Shown: positions 1 to 12,534 of the stretch, in pieces
Layout: each line of letters starts with the position of its first letter
Position numbering within the stretch: the first letter of the stretch is position 1
Source of the DNA: Mobula hypostoma
Lineage: Eukaryota
Reading direction: 5' to 3'
Assembly (NCBI RefSeq): GCF_963921235.1
Contig: NC_086108.1
Coordinates: 80,230,001-80,294,000 of the forward strand
Length of the DNA: 64,000 nt
The notes under the pieces: model-generated
What the model was told of the DNA's origin: nothing
Databases searched by the model: none
What the model saw: only the letters and a program-made list of their open reading frames with translations
Program-made: the position numbers and the translations under genes

Positions 1-42
1 CCGAGATGGCCTGTTTCGGTGCTGTAATTGTTATATGGTTAT
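1..42 (+). mobile_element. CR1 LINE 3' tail fragment
   Basis: ggcctgtttc..gtgctgta..tatggttata resembles the CR1 3' ends at 45090-45138 and 50760-50905. Confidence 0.55.
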
Positions 43-99
43 AAGGCCGACATGCAGGAAACCTCGTCACTGTGGCCTGCTCCTGCTGCTGGAATTACA

Positions 100-750
100 A
101 AGAAAGCATGGCAGAGCCTCTACTTCCTGAGAGGTTAATGAAAATACCGCATGACATCTAAAACTTGGACAAATTTCCATAGACGTCTCATGGAGAGTAT
201 ATTGACTGGTTGCATCATAGTCTCGTATGGAAACACTAATGCCCTTGAAAAGAAAATCCTACAAAAAGTAGTGGATATGGCCCATTCCCTCATGGATAGA
301 GCCCTCCCTATCACTGAGCACATCTACATAGAGTGTTGTCACAGGAAAGCAGCATCCATTATCAAGAAGGTACAGCAGCCTCAAGACCCACATCACCAGG
401 TTCAGGAACAGTTATTATCCCTCAACCATCAGGCCCTTGAACCAGTGGGGATAACCACTTGTCCCATCACTGAACTGTTCCCACAACCTACGGACTCACT
501 TCCAAGGACTCTTCATCTCTTGTTCTTGACATTTATTGCTTATGTATTTATTTATTATTATTTCTTTTGTTTTACTTTTGCATTTGCAAAGTTCGTTGTC
601 TTTTGCACATTGGCTGTTTGTCTGTCCTGTTGGCTTTCATTGATCCTATTGTGTTTTCTTGGATTTACTGTGTATGCCGGCAAGAAAATGAATCTCAGGA
701 TTGTATATGGTAACATATATGTACTTTAATAATAAATTTACTTTGAACTT
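100..750 (+). mobile_element. Rex-Babar-type LINE 3' fragment (tail type A, ...aataaatttactttgaacttt)
   Basis: TNFHRRLMESILTGCIIVSYGN..ILQKVV (DUF1891-like C-terminus). 3' UTR is shared with several copies in the window. Confidence 0.8.
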
Positions 751-1004
751 TATTAATAGCCACAGATGAAGCTATCAAAGAGAGTAAAAATACCTGGCCA
801 TAACAATTATAGTAATGTTTCTTAATGTCCTGGTAAGGGCTGATCACTATTGCACATCCTCTTAATTGCTAAGACTAGCGACACACTTTCAGACTGAATT
901 TTAAAAACTGCATATCTGTTGAAATTAATAGAAGGATTGGGATGGTTAAATGCACGTTCAAGCTTTTGAGCAAGATACTAAAGAACATAATTTCTATGGG
1001 TAGG

Positions 1005-1420
1005 AAATGCAGTGCTGCGGTGCTACATTCATTCCACACTAACATTGAAACGAATATTGGACAATATCAAAGAAAAATGAGGGAAGACTTGAAGCTGCAG
1101 AAATGTGGTTTTTGAGAAGAATGATGAAAATATCATGAAAGGACAGATGAACAAACGAGGAAGTGTTGCGAAAAGCCAGAATCAGAAGAGCACTGATCAT
1201 CATCAATCAGGAGTAGCAGCAGGAATTTCTAGGATATGTACTGAAGAAAGTGAAGCTCGAACATTTCCTAGTGATAGAAAAAAAAGTTGTGAGCTCATGA
1301 GTTATATCAAGGAATGGCAGGCAAAAGTTTTGAAAAGTTTATTAGAACTTTTCAGATTAAAGCCAGATGGAAGACCATGATCGCCCATTATGACACAGCT
1401 CATAATCGTGATAATAATGA
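1005..1420 (+). mobile_element. RTE-clade LINE 3' remnant
   Basis: Frame reading LEAAEMWFLRRMMKIS, followed by a taa/tga-rich tail. Confidence 0.65.
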
Positions 1421-2467
1421 ATAGAAGCATGGCTGACACCAGCACTTCCAGTTAAGTATAGTAATTTACTCAACTTACACTGTCTTCTGTGAAACAATAC
1501 AAGTCAGAAAGCCTTTGCTTTTGTTATTTTGTTATTACTTGGGTTTACACCATATAAGTGCAACACATTAGTTCAGAATTGCAGATGGTGGGTACTTCAA
1601 GAATAGTATGGCCTAATTTCCCCGGCAAAATTTCAAAGAATTATACAAAAGCAAAGATCACATGATACATGGCTAATACAGAAACCACATCACAATTGTA
1701 GTTTATGCCAAGAAATACCTGGTCAATTTCTGCAGTAATAAGAATTGCTCCAGAAATGGTTATAATTGCATTTCACTCCATCCAAAGGTAACTTTCAATT
1801 GCAAAAACAAGTTCTGTGGTTGATTAAGGTTAAATGTTTGAAATAACATTTTTAATTGATGAAAAGGCTCAGTTTAGACTTCACAGGAATTTCCACAGCC
1901 ATCAGATTCAACTAAAGATAATCACCAGATATGAGGTTATCACTTCCGTTATGTGTGGCCTGGACTCGTACTCCAGAAATGGACAGAACATATTTGCACC
2001 AGTTTGTGTAAAGTCTCAAACTCCTTGAGTACTCCACATCAATAGATTAAGACTGAACAAAATCCTCCTTAGGAAAGACATTTTGAAAATAAGTATTTAA
2101 ATATGCCTTTTTCACTAATAGCAAAAGGAAATAACTAGCTATTAATGTTCTCCAAAAAATGCCACTAGAGCAAATACAGTATGCACTATTTTTCTCCTTC
2201 ATAGCTATTTAATAAAGGCAAATAGAGGGTGTAGGTGCTGTATACAAAGTCGATTTATGTAGCACCTTTCACATTCTCAGTATGTCTCTTTTTGGAAGAA
2301 TAATCAGCATGGTTCTGTTCTCAAACACAGCAGCCAGCTGTGTAAAATCCAGCCAGTGTGGAAGAACTCAGACCAGATTTTAACTTTATAGTACGTTCCA
2401 CACACAGCCTGATGATATTGTCTTTTTTTTTGTTCCTCTCTGCGCCCTGTGGCGCATCGGGCAGATA

Positions 2468-3770
2468 CAGGTGTCCCCCGCTTTTCGAACGTTCACTTTA
2501 CGAAACCTCACTGTTACGAAAGACTTACATTAGTTCCCTGTTTTCGCTAACAGAAGGTGTTTTCACTATTACGAAAAAAGGCAGTGCGTGAAAAAAAATC
2601 AGCGCGTGCCCCAAGCAGCCGCTCTTCCCCGGATTCGGAACTGTATTCTCACCAGCATTGCTTAAACACGTGTCTGTGAGCAGCCGTTAGTAAGCTGAGT
2701 TTTAAGGTATCGGAAAAGCCTAAAAGAGCTCGTAAGGGTGTTACACTTAGCGTAAAACTAGACATAATTAAGTGTTTCGATCGTGGTGAACGAAGTAAGG
2801 ACAAAGTGAGCTTGGCATGTGGAAGTTGACGAAGATAATGTTGAAGAGGTTTGGCATCCCGTGACCAAGAACTGATAGATGAAGAGCTGATGCAATTGGA
2901 AGAGGAAAGGATAACAATCGAAACCGAATGAGTAATGATTAAGTACGACTTTAATTTTGAAAGGGTCCGTTGGTTTAGGGCATATTCGCAAGATGGTTTG
3001 AGTGCTTACAAAGAACTGTATGATAGAAAAATGCGCGAGGCTCAGCAGTCAAGCATACTGTACTGTCGTTTTTCAAGCCTTCCACATCAGATGACGAACC
3101 TCGACCTTCGACATCGAGGCAGGCAGAGATAGGAGATGATGAGCTGCCTGCCCTAATGGAAACAGACGATGAGATGACACCCCAGTGTCCCACCACCCCA
3201 ACCCCCGGACAGATACCGATTCACGGAGAATGCAGCGGTAGCCGGGAGGCACACAGCACATCTTTAAGAAAAAAACCGAAATAAACAAGCTAATTAATTA
3301 GATAAACACGAGGAATTCTGCAGATGCTGGAAATTCAAGCAACACACATCGAAGTTGCTGGTGAACGCAGCAGGCCGGGCAGCATCTCTAGGAAGAGGTA
3401 CAGTCGACGTTTCAGGCTGAGATGTCAACTGTACCTCTTCCTAATTAATTAGGTGCCTTCTGTGTTTCTGTGGAGAGCACTTGCATGAGATTTTCGCTAT
3501 GGAGAACAGTTCAGGCAATGATTGTGAAAAAGTATTTCTATTTTATATAGGCTGTGTATTTATCATATCATTCCTGCTTTTACTATATGTTACTGTTATT
3601 TTAGGTTTTATGTGTTAATTGGCATGATTTGGTAGGTTATTTTTGGGTCTGTGAACGCTCACAAAATTTTCCCATATAAATAAATGGTAATTGTTTCTTC
3701 GCTTTACAACATTTCGGCTTACGAACTGTTTCATAGGAACTCTCTACCTTCGGATGGCGGGGGAAACCTG
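2468..3770 (+). mobile_element. Tigger/pogo-type DNA transposon, internally deleted
   Basis: TIRs caggtgtcccccgc / gcgggggaaacctg with TA on both flanks (2466-2467, 3771-3772). CENP-B-type N-terminus KPKRARKGVTLSVKLDIIKCFDRGE and C-terminal LSAYKELYDRK remnants. Confidence 0.85.
3302..3440 (-). mobile_element. Penelope terminal-repeat micro-insertion with short fold-back
   Basis: 12-bp TSD ctaattaattag at 3290-3301 and 3441-3452. Sequence matches the reverse complement of 29640-29760. Confidence 0.85.
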
Positions 3771-5431
3771 TATCCTGCCATTTCTTTGGCATCTGTCTGT
3801 TTTTTACACGAGGTCAAGTTGCTAGCTCAATGCTTCATGTTGTCTTAATATCCTCAAAAACAAGTTCTGGAAAGATGTGCTATTATTGAAGAAGTTGTTA
3901 CTAAAACATAAGGAAATGCTTTTCCACCTTTGTGTAGCAAGTGCAGTATTTTCTTACAAGCAGCACGTAGAAAAATGAACACTATTTTCCAGGAATTAGT
4001 CAAAATACTTTGAAAGCATAATAGGCTTTGGAGAAAATTTGCATGCAAATCCAAAAATACTATTATTCTGTTAAGGAAAATCAGTTCACTATAAAAATGA
4101 ATAATTCTCCTGATTAGTGGGAGGTGGTATTTCAAGTCTGCATCATACAAACTTCATGGGGATTTATGATGCTGAAATGAAGAGATCGCCCTCCCAAAGC
4201 AAAATTTGTGAAAGGGTGGATTAAATCAGACTTAAGCTACTTCCTATTTCCTTTATAATGAAGATCATTTTGACCTCTCAAAAACGCAATTCTAGACAAA
4301 TTTTGTTGGAACTAAAAATATTTGTCACAAAAGCCGTGAAACTTTACAACATGTGACTTTGACACAGAGGAATGACTGTCATATGAAAATCGCTACTGTG
4401 GAAAACACTTATATTACACGGTACAAGTTCCGGGACTAATCAACCTCATTATTAACAATAATCAGTATAAGCATTAATCAGCACATTTCCTGCAATGTCA
4501 CCTCAGTTCTAATATGAAACATGTACACTACAATCCATTGTTAACAATATTTACTATGATATATATCATCACTCCACGCAACACCACCAGATACACACCA
4601 CAATACTCACTTTCTCCCACAAATTTGTGCTTCTTAAATGAAGCCCATGACATCATGAACTTCTACCTCATGGATTCACAAAAAACAAAAGCCCGGGACA
4701 ATTTATGGTCTTCCTCTTTATAAATACATTAAAGGGTCATGATATGAAAATGGTTTTTAAAATTTGTAACATTTCATTTTGCAGATTTATCAATGGGCAA
4801 ATGCAAAACTAAATACAACAGCACAATGAACTGGATTTTACGTAAATTTATTTAATCTCTTCAACTGCTAGAACCCTGTTTCCCAATGGTTAAAGCTATG
4901 TTATATTTTTGAGCAACAAAATTTTATCTTGGTATACTTTATTTTTGAAAGCTATACTCCTCAAAATACAGCTTATACAATTCTCATACTGAGAGTTATA
5001 AGAGGTGTAGCGCCATCTCATGGTAATATAGCAATTATAAGTACTAAGCTGTATTTCCAAGTCAACAGATCTTGCCAAGATGGAAGACCACCTCATTGTG
5101 GGCTTGTGAGTAGCTTGGAAATAATCTTATATTATCACTCACAATCAATACATTGAATGTAACAAAGAGTACATTATTTAAAGAAACAACTGCTTCCAGA
5201 GACACCATAACAAAGCACCTGGGTGATCCCAGAGGCTTTATGTTCAAGTATTTACTTCAATTACACTGCAGAAAAATTATCCTGTATTTGATATCAATCA
5301 ATTTCTGATCTGTGAACAGCGCTGCAACTCCCAACACCAAGTTTCATTAAAATGCAACAAGCAAGGTAAGGCATTGAAAGTATGGAAAAAAACTCGAAAA
5401 TTGTTTTGAGCCAGGCCATTGAGAGGATAAC

Positions 5432-6582
5432 TGTTGTGTATTTAATATTTCAAAAATATCTGAATGATTTTGTGATCTTCTGCTGACATCCACAGTGGTT
5501 GTATTATATAGTGGCTGTGTTATATCATATACTCTGTATATAGTTGAGATGCATTCTCTATTGAGATGGAGTTTATAGGTAAGCAGAGAGTGTTATATAT
5601 TTAATATTTCAATAATATTCAGAAACAGATTCAAATTCAGGTTTATTATCACCGAAATTTGTTAGCTTAGCAGCAGCCATTCAATGCAATATATAGAAGA
5701 AAAAACTAAAATAATAAGTAAATCTTATTCAGTATGCCTTATACAGTATATGTATATTGAATAGATTAAAAATCATACAAAAAAACAAAAAAAGTGAGGT
5801 AGTGTCCAAGGGTTCAATGTCCATTGAGGAATCAGATGGCTGAGGGGAAGAGGCTGGTCCTAAATCACTGAGAGTGTGCCTTCAGGCTTCTGTACCTATC
5901 TGATGGTAACAGTGAGAAAAGGGCATGCCCTGCATGCTGGAGGTCCTTTCTGAGGCACCGCTCCTTGAAGATGTCCTGGGTACTTTGTAGGCTAGTACCC
6001 AAGATGGAGCTGACTAAATTTGCAACCGTCTGCACCTTCTTTCGGTCCTGTGCAGTAGCCACACCCCCCCCCACCAGACAATGTCGCAACCTGTCAGAAT
6101 GCTCTCCACGGTACAACTATAGAAAGTACTCCATCTGGACTTTCCACCTTTCGAGGGTTCACTCTCTTTAAAGACAGTTTCACTTCGGCCTGTGAGACAG
6201 AGATCACAGGGTCATCAGGTGCCGCAGGGATCTTCACAGTTGTTGTTGTGTTCTCCCTTTCAAAGCGGCATAGAAGGCGTTGAGTTCATCTGGTAGTGAA
6301 GCATCGCCGCCATTCATGCTATTGGGTTTCACTTTGAAGGAAGTAATGTCTTGCAAGCCCTGCCAGAGTTATTGAGCATTCAATGTTGCCTCCAACCTCA
6401 TTAAGCAATTATAATTTAAGTAATTTTTTTATTGTATAAATATGTGAATTGCATACACCATCACTCTATCACGTGATACCCGTGCACCTCACTTAAAATA
6501 TACACGAAGTTAGACCTGCATTTCTGAACTCCCATGTCTTCGTACAAATTAGTTTAATGTTTTGAAGTTACAAAACATAACA
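5432..6582. mobile_element. Probable solo LTR interrupted by a Rex-Babar LINE fragment
   Basis: TG...CA termini (tgttg / taaca) with flanks ataac / ttaac (4 of 5 match). Its 3' part recurs at about 50435-50525. Confidence 0.45.
5628..6400 (-). mobile_element. Rex-Babar-type LINE fragment (tail type B, ...aataaacctgattctga)
   Basis: DRKKVQTVANLVSSILGTSL..IFKERCLRK, homologous to 59345-60960. Confidence 0.8.
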
Positions 6583-6845
6583 TTAACTACTGCTAATGGA
6601 ATATTTAATCAGAAAATATAGGATTTTTATGCCAGATTTCTTCTTGATGAGAGGTGCATTTATTAGATTAGATCACTGAGGTCTGAGCAGAAAAAAAAAA
6701 TTAGAGAAATAGCAAAGGGCCTGTTAGTATGAAAAGATAAAAAAAGAACATTATAATATTGTGGGTTGGTGTCTTGAGACTGAAGAATCTGAGCAGAAGA
6801 GATAATTTGGAGAATAATTTAAAAAGTCAGCAATAGTCTAATTAC

Positions 6846-7345
6846 ATTCCACTTTATTAGGTACAGGAATGGAACCCATTGTGGTCTTCTGCTGCTGTAG
6901 CCCATCCACTTCAAGATTCAATGTGTTGTGTGTTCAAAGATGCTCCTCTACACACCACTGTTGTAACACATAGTTATTTGAGTTACTGTCACCTTCTCGT
7001 CATCTTGGCCCAGTCTGGCCATTCTACTCTGATATTTCTCATTAACAAGGCATTTTCTAACACAAAATAACTTCTCACTGTTTTTCACACCATTCTCTAT
7101 AAACTCTAGAGATCGTTATGTGTGAAAATCCTAGAAGATTAGCAGTTTCTGACATATTCAAGCCACCCATCTGGTACCAACAATCATTCACGGTCAAAAT
7201 CACTTTTCTTCCCCGTTCTGATGTTAATCAGACCAAACAACACTGACTATGTCTGCATGATTTTATGTAGAGATGCTGTCACATGACTAGCTGATTAGAT
7301 ATTTGCATGAACGAGCAGGTGTACCTATTAAAGTGGCCACTGAGT
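6846..7345 (-). mobile_element. Tc1/mariner-derived non-autonomous element
   Basis: TIR-like cactttattaggtac / gtacctattaaagtggccactgag. Reverse homologue of 21259-21780. Confidence 0.75.
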
Positions 7346-7627
7346 ATATCTGCAGATGTTTTAAATTGGAATAAAAGTTAATGGGGGAGAGGGGAGGAGA
7401 GAACTAGAAAGGTAAAAGACAACAACAAAGTTATATAGAGAGATGTTGCTCCTCCAACCTGAGAGCGGCCTCATTGTGACACTAAAGGAAGCGAAGGATT
7501 GACATGTTAGAATGCAAATGAAAAGTCAAATTGAAATGCATGGCCACTGGTAAACCCCACCTTTTGTGGTGGACGGAGCAAATGTGCTCAACGAAGCGGT
7601 GCTCCAATTTACTTTTGAGTCTCACTG

Positions 7628-8200
7628 GTTTGGAAACGCCAGTGCCTCTGAACAGAAAATCCTACAAGGAGTGGATATGGCCCAGTGCATCATGGGTAAA
7701 GCCCTCCTGATCATTAAGCACATCTATATGAGACGCTGCCACAGGAAAGCAGTATCGATCATCAGGGACCCCGCCATCATCCAGGTCATCCTCTCTTCTT
7801 GCTGCTGCCATCAGGAAGAAGGTACAAGAGCCTCAGGACTCACACCACCAAGCTCAAGAATAGTTACTAGCCCTCAGTCACCAGGCTCTTGACCAAAGGG
7901 GCTAACTTCACTCAATTTAACTTGAGTTAAAATCGTTTTATCATTGAAATGTTCTCACAACCAATGGACTCACATTCAAGGACTATTCATCTCATGTCCT
8001 TGAGATTTATTGCTTATTTATTATTTTCTCTTTTTGTATTTGCAATGTTTATTGTTCTCTGCACTCTGGTTGAACACCCTAGTCGGCTGGTCTTTCACTG
8101 ATTCTGTTATGGCTATTATTCTATAGATTTATTAAATGAATTTGGGGGTTGTATATGGTGAAACATATGAACATGCATAATAGAATTTACTTTGAACTTT
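7628..8200 (+). mobile_element. Rex-Babar-type LINE 3' fragment (type A)
   Basis: WFGNASASEQKILQGV..RRCHRKAVSII, ending in tttactttgaacttt. Confidence 0.8.
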
Positions 8201-8249
8201 AAAATTTGGTATAAAAGAGGCCACACCAGGAGAACCGGATACAATAGAT

Positions 8250-8448
8250 CAGGGGTCCCCAACCTTTTTTCCACCGCGGACCGGTTTAATATTGACGATA
8301 TTCTTGCGGGCGGACTGACTGACCGGGGGGGGGGGGGTTCAAGTTCAACAGTGCATGACAGGGAATGAGGAAAGGTGCAGTTGACTCATATCGTTTCATA
8401 TCGCCAAATCATATTGTTTCCTCACGGCCCGGTGGTTAAGGACCACTG
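8250..8448. mobile_element. hAT (Charlie-like) MITE
   Basis: Termini caggggtccccaac / gttaaggaccactg. Perfect 8-bp TSD caatagat at 8242-8249 and 8449-8456. Confidence 0.85.
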
Positions 8449-8680
8449 CAATAGATGACAGATTCTAACAGACTAGCAGGTGAAGTGTTGCCTCATCTGG
8501 GAGGACTGTTTGGAGCCCTGAATGATGGTGAGAGCAGAGGTGTAAGGGCACTAAAGTCCAATGGAAGATTGTGAATATAGTTTTGATACCATTAAGTACA
8601 AAGACAATCTCAATTGATATTGATTAATATATTGTTTGCCATTCTCTGCATCATCTCTTTCACTGCACGTGATAACCTAC

Positions 8681-8828
8681 CTTCAAACCCAAGTCTTTCC
8701 AAAAGGTTTAGAGGATACCATATCAATGGTTTGTTTCCAACTGGTAGAAGGGGCTTTGAGATACTGGAAGTTAGATCCATCATGCGGGAGCCCCCAGCAG
8801 CTGCCATCAACACAGCCTGGAACTCCAT
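8681..8828 (-). CDS. EIF2B3: EIF2B3 (eIF2B gamma subunit) first coding exon, coding part
   Basis: Translates [49 protein letters not shown], the NTP-transferase-like N-terminus of eIF2B-gamma. Acceptor ttattttatag lies before 8839 and donor G|gtaggt after 8681. The 148 coding nt (phase 1) match the human exon boundary as I recall it. A second in-frame ATG sits at 8829-8831. Confidence 0.95.
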
Positions 8829-9849
8829 CATGGAATTTTCTATAAAATAAACATTTACAGAATACGTTATGTTAGTATTCAATGAACTACACCTATTAAC
8901 TTTCAAGGTCATGCCAATTCTATCCCACATTAAGAATGAATATCGTCATAACTATACAAATGGCGCAAATAATTGAGGTTTTTAAAAATCATCATCATCT
9001 AGCCAATTAATCAAACATAGCATAATCTGATCATCATATTGCTGAACTTTATAATTAATAAATTAATCATTGCCATAATACCTTATACATATTGATACCT
9101 AGTGCCTCAAAATAACCATCTGCAATTTGACAACCTTTTGGTCCATCTCAGATCCTGTACCGATTCCCAAGCTTGCCCAGGCTCACTGAAGCCCCCAAGT
9201 TAGCTTCCAGACATACTGAAGCTTCCTCTGTACTCCATCTGTGCCCCTTATTTAGATTTAAATTCTTACTTTCCATTGCAAACTTGGCTTTACCATATAC
9301 CAAATCTGCTACTTTCCCTAATATTGCATATAAAATTTTCAAGTATTGTGACTGGTCATCCCAAATCTGAGCTTTCATAACTCTCTCTGCTCCTTTCATC
9401 CCAAATATGGCCATAAAGTTTTTCAACCACTTGTGTTATACCCCCTTGAATTCTCCGCTTACAAACTGCATTCCTCGTCTCCATTTTACAGAATATTTAT
9501 AGCCAAATTCTTCTTATTACTGCCTCAGTAATGCTTCAGTGAATTGTTTCTTTGGTAAAGTATATGACAGTTATCACTATTACTCTTGGTAGTTGCAATC
9601 TACCACAAAAATATTAATTTCCCATGCATAATTCTCTCGTATCAATCCTCTCCATGCAGTTTTGCATACAATAAATGGATATGTTGACAGAGGTTTTTTT
9701 TTAACATTATACCCATTTAAGAGTTCTTGCCATATTTTATTAGGAACGTTTACTCAACATTCTGAGATCTGATTACAGACGCATTTTACGGTAATTCACA
9801 GGTTGATTGCCTACTTGTATTATTCGTATGTAAGGTTGCTGATGCAATA

Positions 9850-10260
9850 ACCGAGGGCAGCCCAGCTTCAGCTACGGCTCCTCCCGGTTTCAAAGCGCAG
9901 TCACTCTGTCCCGACCCTGGACCCCAGTCCAGGTCCCTCTCTCCGGGTTCACGCCCAGGCCGCTCTCCTCTGATTACCTTATCGTAGTTTCTAACAGAGC
10001 ACACCGAGGTTGTTAAAGAAAAATCACGGCGGATGGAAGAGCAAAACACAACGCAAAAAAAAACAGGCTAGTCAGTTTCTCTGTATGGCAGGGAGTTAAA
10101 GAAGCGCGGACACAACACGTGCGCTTGGTGTTCGGGTGAATAGCGTCCGTTGCGCCACCCAGCAACCGTTCCGGGTCCCCAATTGCACTGCTCCAGTTGA
10201 CCGAGGACTGCTGCAGTTCACGCACTCTTCGCCCACAATTCAAAAACTGCTCGTAACAAT
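9850..10260. promoter_or_regulatory. CpG-rich promoter region of EIF2B3
   Basis: Locally high CpG density in non-repeat DNA against a CpG-depleted background. ETS-like ttccgg near 10169-10174. Confidence 0.7.
9978..10130 (-). other. EIF2B3: Probable non-coding first exon of EIF2B3 (5' boundary approximate)
   Basis: Donor AAG|gtaatc at 9978/9977 inside a CpG-rich patch about 1.1 kb upstream of the coding exon. Confidence 0.55.
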
Positions 10261-10339
10261 TGCAAAATAATGTCATGTCCTAGCTGATTATGGTGTACAG
10301 GTGACGAGGTCCTTAAATGCTTTAGAGCTTTTTTATAAG

Positions 10340-10640
10340 ATCCTCAGAATCTAAAACCAGAAGATAAAGTTTTAAAGTGATAAGGGAAAGATTGAAAGGG
10401 GACCTGAGGTGCAAGCTATTCCACACCTGGGGTGATGGATGTATGGAATGAGCTGGCAGAGCAAGTGGTATTGGTGGATACAATTACAATGTTTAAAATA
10501 CATTTGGACAAATATGTATAGAGGAAGGGGTTAGAGGGAGATGGATCAGTCATGGGAAAATGAGACTAGCTCAAAAAGGCACCTTGGTTAACGCAGACGT
10601 TGAGCCAAGGGACTTGTTTTCATGTAACGTAATTCTATAG
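10340..10640 (+). mobile_element. Old CR1 3' remnant
   Basis: Degenerate match to CR1 3' ends (tggaatgagctg..gcatttgga..gagggagatgg). Confidence 0.6.
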
Positions 10641-10679
10641 GAAACTGTACAACAGTGGCCAAATTAGCCCCTTATGCCT

Positions 10680-11480
10680 AACCCATCATTCAATAAGACT
10701 ATAGATGATCCAGTTTTGGCCTCATAGCCTCACCTTTCATAACCTATGTTCTCTGATTCCTTTGTAATTTTAAATGCCTGTCATCCTCCACTGAATGGCC
10801 TCTACAGCTCTCAGGGATAAAGAAGTTCAAAGAGTCACGGAGAGAAGAAATTTCTCTTCCTTTTCATTTAAAATGAACAAGCATTAATTCTAAAATTATG
10901 TTTCCAGTTCCAAAGTACTCCCACTAGGTAACATCATCTCAGTAAACACCCTGTTAAACCGCCCCCCCCCCAAAAAAAATAAACGCTCTATATTTCAGTA
11001 AGTTCATTTCTCATTACTGTAGTGAGCAAAGGCTCAAACTTTTCAATCATTCATCATACATCAACTTCTTCACCCAAGGAATTAATCTTACATGTACTGA
11101 CTCCAGTACAAGTATATCATTCCTTGAATATGGAAACTAAAACTTTTGCTAATGCTTAGTATCCTATCTCACTAGCACCCACAAAGGTGCATCAAAGTTA
11201 CCCAATTTTATATTTCATATCCATAGAATCATGGCCAAAATTCCATTTACTTCTCTAAACACTTGCTTGATCTGCATGCTAGCTATTTTTTGTACCAGGA
11301 CATTTGCTGCCTCACTCTATTTCAAGGGTCCCCAAACTGGGATCCACAGATCCCTTGCATAATCGTATTGGTCCAAGGTATAAAGAAGGTTGGGAACCAC
11401 TGCTCAATTTATATAATGGTTTGTAATTTTCATTCTTCCTTCCAAAGTGTATAGGTTTGCCACATTATATTCCATCTTGC
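10680..11480 (-). mobile_element. Old CR1 remnant containing a small hAT-type MITE at about 11323-11402
   Basis: aagaaatttctctt..attctaaaattatg pattern as at 28310-28380. MITE termini caagggtccccaaac / gttgggaaccactg. Confidence 0.5.
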
Positions 11481-12534
11481 CCACTTACTTAAGGAAAAGC
11501 CTATTTTAAATCTTGTTTTGGTGAATAAAATGGATTAATCCATTTAATTAATAAATGGATTAATTTATTGTAAAGATTACTTTGATCTTGAAAATACACT
11601 TAATCCTCAATATTTATGAGGAGGGGGCAGATACTTTGCATGAATTATAAAATAAATATCTCAACTATCTCAATGGCTGCTGCTAGTAACACCAATAGTT
11701 ACGCCAATGACATACAGTAGTTAATCCCACCAGAATTATTACAATTTTTATGTGTTTCAGCCTGTAAAATTCAGTTGTCAATAAAAACACAGTTTGCTTT
11801 TAATTTACTGCAGACTTTCAAGGAGGAAATTGACTATCCAGAGCAGCAGGTTGCTATTCCCTACAAACAGACGAGTTGTCTGTACAGTTACTGCATTCTT
11901 GACCCCCAGCTCTATCCTCAAACCTACCCACATCTCTGATCCCTTGTACTGCTGACCCAAACCCTGCCTCTGGCCACACATTGGATCCACTCTTCAGACC
12001 CATGACACAGTCCATAAACTTACCTGTGTTTGTGTTCCTGCTGCCCCCACTGGTGTTCCCAGCCTGGAGCCCAACCACAGCCCTGGCTACAGATGCACAC
12101 CTGGTCCACAGTCTGGACTGACTCCACACCACTCCCACTCCCTTTAACCTCTTTATTCTGCCTACCTCCCAAAGTTCAAAAGTTCAAAGTAAATTTTACT
12201 ATCAAAGTACATATATGTCACTATATACAACCCTGAGATTCATTTTACTGTTCTACTTTCCATCCTACTACTCACCCCCCTGCAAAGTCTCTTCATGGGA
12301 TGCTGACATTGAAGAAGTTTTCCTATTATCTCTGACAGAAGTTCTGTGAGAACATGTTCTAATCAATACTCACACCACTCCCCCTTCTTCTCATTATACA
12401 CAGCTATGTCACCCTGATGCAGGGTTTTGACCCAAAACATTAACATTTCCTTTCATCCCACAGATGCTTCTCGTGTTCTTTCAACAGATTGTTTGTTACT
12501 ATTAACATGACTTACCAGACTAGGTATTAAACTA

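Larger units (their letters stand above)
7380..8550 (-). mobile_element. Old Penelope (GIY-YIG region) fragment, split by a Rex-Babar copy and a hAT MITE
   Basis: 7430-7625 and 8205-8550 are reverse-complement homologous to 28960-29290. Confidence 0.7.

Noticed and set aside
8610..8930. 106-aa ORF as a complete gene
   Set aside because: Only 8681-8831 is EIF2B3-like and splice-bounded. The rest is intronic read-through.
9100..9730. Possible very old LINE remnant or ORFs in EIF2B3 intron 1
   Set aside because: Too degenerate to assign by eye.
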